Shown: piece by piece, positions 60,787-64,000 of the stretch
Numbering within the stretch: the stretch's first letter is position 1
Layout: each line of letters begins with the position of its first letter
Assembly (NCBI GenBank): GCA_965214775.1
Contig: OZ243974.1
Location: forward strand, 1,952,001 to 2,016,000
Direction: 5' to 3'
Origin: Nitrosopumilus sp.
GTDB lineage: Archaea > Thermoproteota > Nitrososphaeria > Nitrososphaerales > Nitrosopumilaceae
DNA length: 64,000 bases
The notes under the pieces: model-generated
Seen by the model: the letters and a program-made list of their open reading frames with translations, nothing else
The model's database searches: none
What the model was told of the DNA's origin: nothing
Translations under genes and position numbers: made by a program

Positions 60787-61563
60787 TTACGAGAGATGAT
60801 GATTCGACAAGCCCCTCACATACACACATTGGTCCGGCGAGATGGCCATCTCTGAGGGGACTATCTTTCTGTCAGTCAGACTTGCTCCTGAATTTTTGAT
60901 TATTGCAAACGGCTTTGACTCTGCACCCTCCCCCATCCTGTGATTGGCAATTGTTGCCAGACTATCGGCAACAGCCTGAAATGTCACTTTTAATGGATTC
61001 CCGTCCAAATCCCTTTTGGCCCTCATATCCAATGTCGGCTCTAACCCCGCACACGAAATTGCAACTCCCGTAGTTCCAACCCTTGCAGGCATCAGCCTGC
61101 TGTCTACAAGGATGATTCCCACATGAATTGACAGCTCTAGAAATATTTTTCGGCGAATCTCTTCGGCAGCCTTGAACGGATCATTTGGGTACAAGATGAC
61201 CCTTCCTTTTTTTGCATTGGACTTGTCAATTCCTGCATTGGGAGCCATGATGCCGTCTGCCAAAGTGATCAAAAATCCCGAAATTCCCCCGAAAATCTTG
61301 TCTGATTCTCTAATTATGACTTCTGCAACTTTGGGATTTAGCTGGAATCTCTTGGAAATTTGCCTGCCCTCTTCAGACGTCTTAATTTTACCCAATTCGA
61401 TAATCCTGCCTTGGGCATTAGAGACGTACTTGGTTGAGATGACAACAATGTCTCCCTCCTCCAATCTTGCACTGTTCTTTGACAAGGCTTCCGTCAATGC
61501 TTCATTGACATCAAACTTTTTCTCTTTTCTCTCTGTCAAAAGCGGCAAAACTGTCAGTTCCAC
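60787..61563 (-). CDS. cofE: Coenzyme F420-0:L-glutamate ligase
   Basis: GDIVVISTK.VS, PNAGIDKSN, DSR..P.R.G..GVA, DLDG..L.VT..A.AD, MGEG.E. Confidence 0.9.
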   Translation of the reverse strand: MELTVLPLLTERKEKKFDVNEALTEALSKNSARLEEGDIVVISTKYVSNAQGRIIELGKIKTSEEGRQISKRFQLNPKVAEVIIRESDKIFGGISGFLITLADGIMAPNAGIDKSNAKKGRVILYPNDPFKAAEEIRRKIFLELSIHVGIILVDSRLMPARVGTTGVAISCAGLEPTLDMRAKRDLDGNPLKVTFQAVADSLATIANHRMGEGAESKPFAIIKNSGASLTDRKIVPSEMAISPDQCVYVRGLSNHHLS

Positions 61564-61635
61564 GAATACCTTTAACCCCTTTTCTTTTTTATTGTTCTGA
61601 AAAGCTTTTAATCTGTAGAGCCGCCTTTTTTGACC

Positions 61636-62922
61636 ATGAATATCGTTGAGAAAATCCTTGCAAGGGCCTCGGGAAAGTCATCGTTGGCCCCTGATGACGT
61701 TGTTTTTGCAAATGTTGACAAGGTAATGGTCCATGACGTATCTGGACCCGGGGTTCTCAAGGTATTTGACAAACTGAGAAAGCAAGGCATCTCTGTTGAC
61801 AAACTGTGGGATCCGACCAAAGTCTGGGTGGCAGAGGATCATTTCGTTCCATCTGCAGAAAAGATATCAGCAGAAAACATAGTAAAACTATCCAATTTTA
61901 CCAAGAAATATGGAATCGAGAAGCATTTCAAATATGGCATGGGCCAGTACGGAATTTGCCATACCCTGTCTCATGAGGAGGCAATGGTAATGCCCGGTGA
62001 TGTATACGTCGGAGGGGATTCCCACACAAACACAACCGGTGCATTGGGCGCTTTTGCCTGCGGCTTGGGCCATACTGACATTGCATATGTCTTACTTAAC
62101 GGAAAAATCTGGTTCAAAGTGCCTGAAACTGACTACTTTAAACTTGACGGAAGGCTTCCTGATCACGTAATGGCCAAAGACTTTATCTTGAAAATCATCG
62201 GGGATATCGGGACTGATGGCGGAAATTATAGAACCATGCAGTTTGGCGGAACTGGAATCGAAGGGATGTCCGTTGAAGGCAGACTGACGTTGTGTAACAT
62301 GACCACAGAGGCCGGCGCCAAAAACGGAATTGTAGAGGCTGATCAAAAGGTGGTTGACTATCTTGAGAGTCGCGGAGCAACAAGCGCCAAAATCTTCAGG
62401 GGAGATGATGGTGATGGTGATGATGATGCCCAATATGCCAACGTATACGAATACGATGCATCAGAAATGGAACCCGTTGTGGCAAAGCCATTCTCTCCCG
62501 AAAATGTCGCAGTTGTCAGGGAGGCCCCGTCCGTAGAACTGGACAAGTCCTACATCGGCTCCTGTACTGGCGCAAAATACGAGGATCTTGAAGCTGCGGC
62601 AAAAATTCTCAAGGGAAGACAGGTAAAAATCAGAACCGAAATTCTGCCTGCCTCGATCTCGATTTACAGGCGCGCCATGGAAAACGGCCTGCTTTCAATC
62701 TTCCTTGATTCTGGCGTAACTGTCGGTCCCCCGACGTGCGGTGCCTGCTGCGGCGCACATATGGGCGTATTGGCCAAAGACGAGATCTGCATCAGCACTA
62801 CAAACAGAAACTTTCCGGGACGAATGGGACATGTCGAATCACAAACCTATCTTTCATCCCCTCTGGTGGCTGCCGCATCTGCGGTCACCGGAAAGATTAC
62901 CGACCCGAGGGACCTGCAATGA
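61636..62922 (+). CDS. 3-isopropylmalate dehydratase/homoaconitase large subunit (archaeal HacA/LeuC type)
   Basis: EKIL, DH, GICH, GDSHT, IGSCT, CGACCG, TTNRNFPGRMG. Confidence 0.93.
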   Translation: MNIVEKILARASGKSSLAPDDVVFANVDKVMVHDVSGPGVLKVFDKLRKQGISVDKLWDPTKVWVAEDHFVPSAEKISAENIVKLSNFTKKYGIEKHFKYGMGQYGICHTLSHEEAMVMPGDVYVGGDSHTNTTGALGAFACGLGHTDIAYVLLNGKIWFKVPETDYFKLDGRLPDHVMAKDFILKIIGDIGTDGGNYRTMQFGGTGIEGMSVEGRLTLCNMTTEAGAKNGIVEADQKVVDYLESRGATSAKIFRGDDGDGDDDAQYANVYEYDASEMEPVVAKPFSPENVAVVREAPSVELDKSYIGSCTGAKYEDLEAAAKILKGRQVKIRTEILPASISIYRRAMENGLLSIFLDSGVTVGPPTCGACCGAHMGVLAKDEICISTTNRNFPGRMGHVESQTYLSSPLVAAASAVTGKITDPRDLQ

Positions 62923-63410
62923 AGGGAAACGTCATAAAGTATCAAAGAGACAACATTGACACTGACGTCATCATTCCGGGCCAATATCTGAAAGTTCATG
63001 ACTATGCCGAACTTGCAACACACGCAATGGAGGGACTGGATCCCCAATTTCACTCCAAGGTAAAGGAAGGCGACTTTATTCTTGCCGGAAGGAATTTCGG
63101 ATGTGGTTCGTCTCGCGAGCATGCACCGATTGCACTGTCCCATTCGGGAGTCAAGGCAGTATTGGCACTGTCTTTTGCCAGGATCTTTTATCGCAACTCT
63201 GTTGACGGTGCATTCTTACTTCCGATAGAAATCGGGGAGGATGCATACGAGTCAATCTCAGAAGGAGACGAACTTGACATTGATATTTCTGCAAACGAAA
63301 TAAAAAATAACACGAAAAATCAAACCTACAAAATAAAGCCCTTCTCTGAGATAATCGGAAAAATTATTGCGGCAGGCGGCCTCTTCAAATACAAGCCTGG
63401 GCAGGATTGA
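62919..63410 (+). CDS. 3-isopropylmalate dehydratase/homoaconitase small subunit
   Basis: [29 protein letters not shown]. Confidence 0.93.
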   Translation: MKGNVIKYQRDNIDTDVIIPGQYLKVHDYAELATHAMEGLDPQFHSKVKEGDFILAGRNFGCGSSREHAPIALSHSGVKAVLALSFARIFYRNSVDGAFLLPIEIGEDAYESISEGDELDIDISANEIKNNTKNQTYKIKPFSEIIGKIIAAGGLFKYKPGQD

Positions 63411-63411
63411 A

Positions 63412-64000
63412 ATGGGAAAAACGCTTTTTGAAAAAATCTGGGACGCCCACACTGTGGTTGAAAAATCAGCCGGCCCATCGTTGATCTATATTGACAGGCA
63501 CCTGATCCACGAGGTTACCTCCCCCCAGGCATTTGACGGATTGAGAATGAATAACAGAAAGGTACGCCGTCCCGATTTGACGATTGCAACTGTGGATCAT
63601 AACGTCCCTACAAATAATGCCAGGTCGTTGCCAATCCTTGATCGGACATCTGCAGTTCAAATTAAAACCTTGGAGAAAAACTGTGATGATTTTGGGATCA
63701 AGCTATTTGATGTCGACAGCCCTAACCAGGGGATTGTTCATGTAATCGGGCCCCAATTGGGCATAACCCTGCCTGGAACGACAATCGTCTGCGGGGACAG
63801 TCACACCTCTACCCATGGAGCCTTTGGGGCTCTGGCATTGGGAATTGGAACTAGCGAGGTGGAACATGTCCTGGCATCTCAGACTCTCTGGTTGGAAAAG
63901 CCAAAACCTTTTGAAATTCGAATTGAGGGAAAAAGAAGGAATCCCCGCGCTGTAACTGCCAAAGATATCGTCTTGTCCATTATCAAGAACATCGGAACCG
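63412..64000 (+). CDS. leuC: 3-isopropylmalate dehydratase large subunit (partial, runs off the window)
   Basis: [54 protein letters not shown]. Confidence 0.93.
   Translation, partial: MGKTLFEKIWDAHTVVEKSAGPSLIYIDRHLIHEVTSPQAFDGLRMNNRKVRRPDLTIATVDHNVPTNNARSLPILDRTSAVQIKTLEKNCDDFGIKLFDVDSPNQGIVHVIGPQLGITLPGTTIVCGDSHTSTHGAFGALALGIGTSEVEHVLASQTLWLEKPKPFEIRIEGKRRNPRAVTAKDIVLSIIKNIGT

Noticed and set aside
61636-64000. Two adjacent isopropylmalate dehydratase large subunits
   Set aside because: Paralogous HacA-type and LeuC-type enzymes are ordinary in archaea

Overview
The window is archaeal chromosome, most likely a Nitrosopumilaceae (Thaumarchaeota) member. This rests on the CFI-box-CTERM-like protein, the Nitrosopumilus-style hypotheticals, cofE, the 2-oxoacid:ferredoxin oxidoreductase and the hacAB/leuC cluster. 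The heavy IS load would fit a host-associated lineage, but that is inference. There are three zones. (1) About 1-26.1 kb is a GC-rich, single-strand integrated element. It encodes type IV/Tad pilus parts (pilins, TadC/ArlJ-like membrane protein, prepilin peptidase), a VirD4/TraG-like ATPase with a C-terminal PD-(D/E)xK-like domain, large surface proteins, SNase nucleases, a TFB paralogue, ParB-like and ParM-like proteins, a deviant initiator tRNA and a cas-less 12-repeat CRISPR array. (2) About 27.7-47 kb is an IS graveyard (IS66, IS5, IS110, ISH3, IS630, IS6, IS481) around ileS. It includes an intact IS110 whose upstream non-coding region folds as a bridge RNA, with four guides matching the observed target and donor junctions. 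(3) About 44.6-64 kb holds AT-richer housekeeping genes interrupted by IS481 copies, three MITE families, an SNF2-SWIM cassette bounded by IS5 ends, and a decayed RelE-type toxin-antitoxin pair. All calls were made by eye from motifs; no database searches were run.
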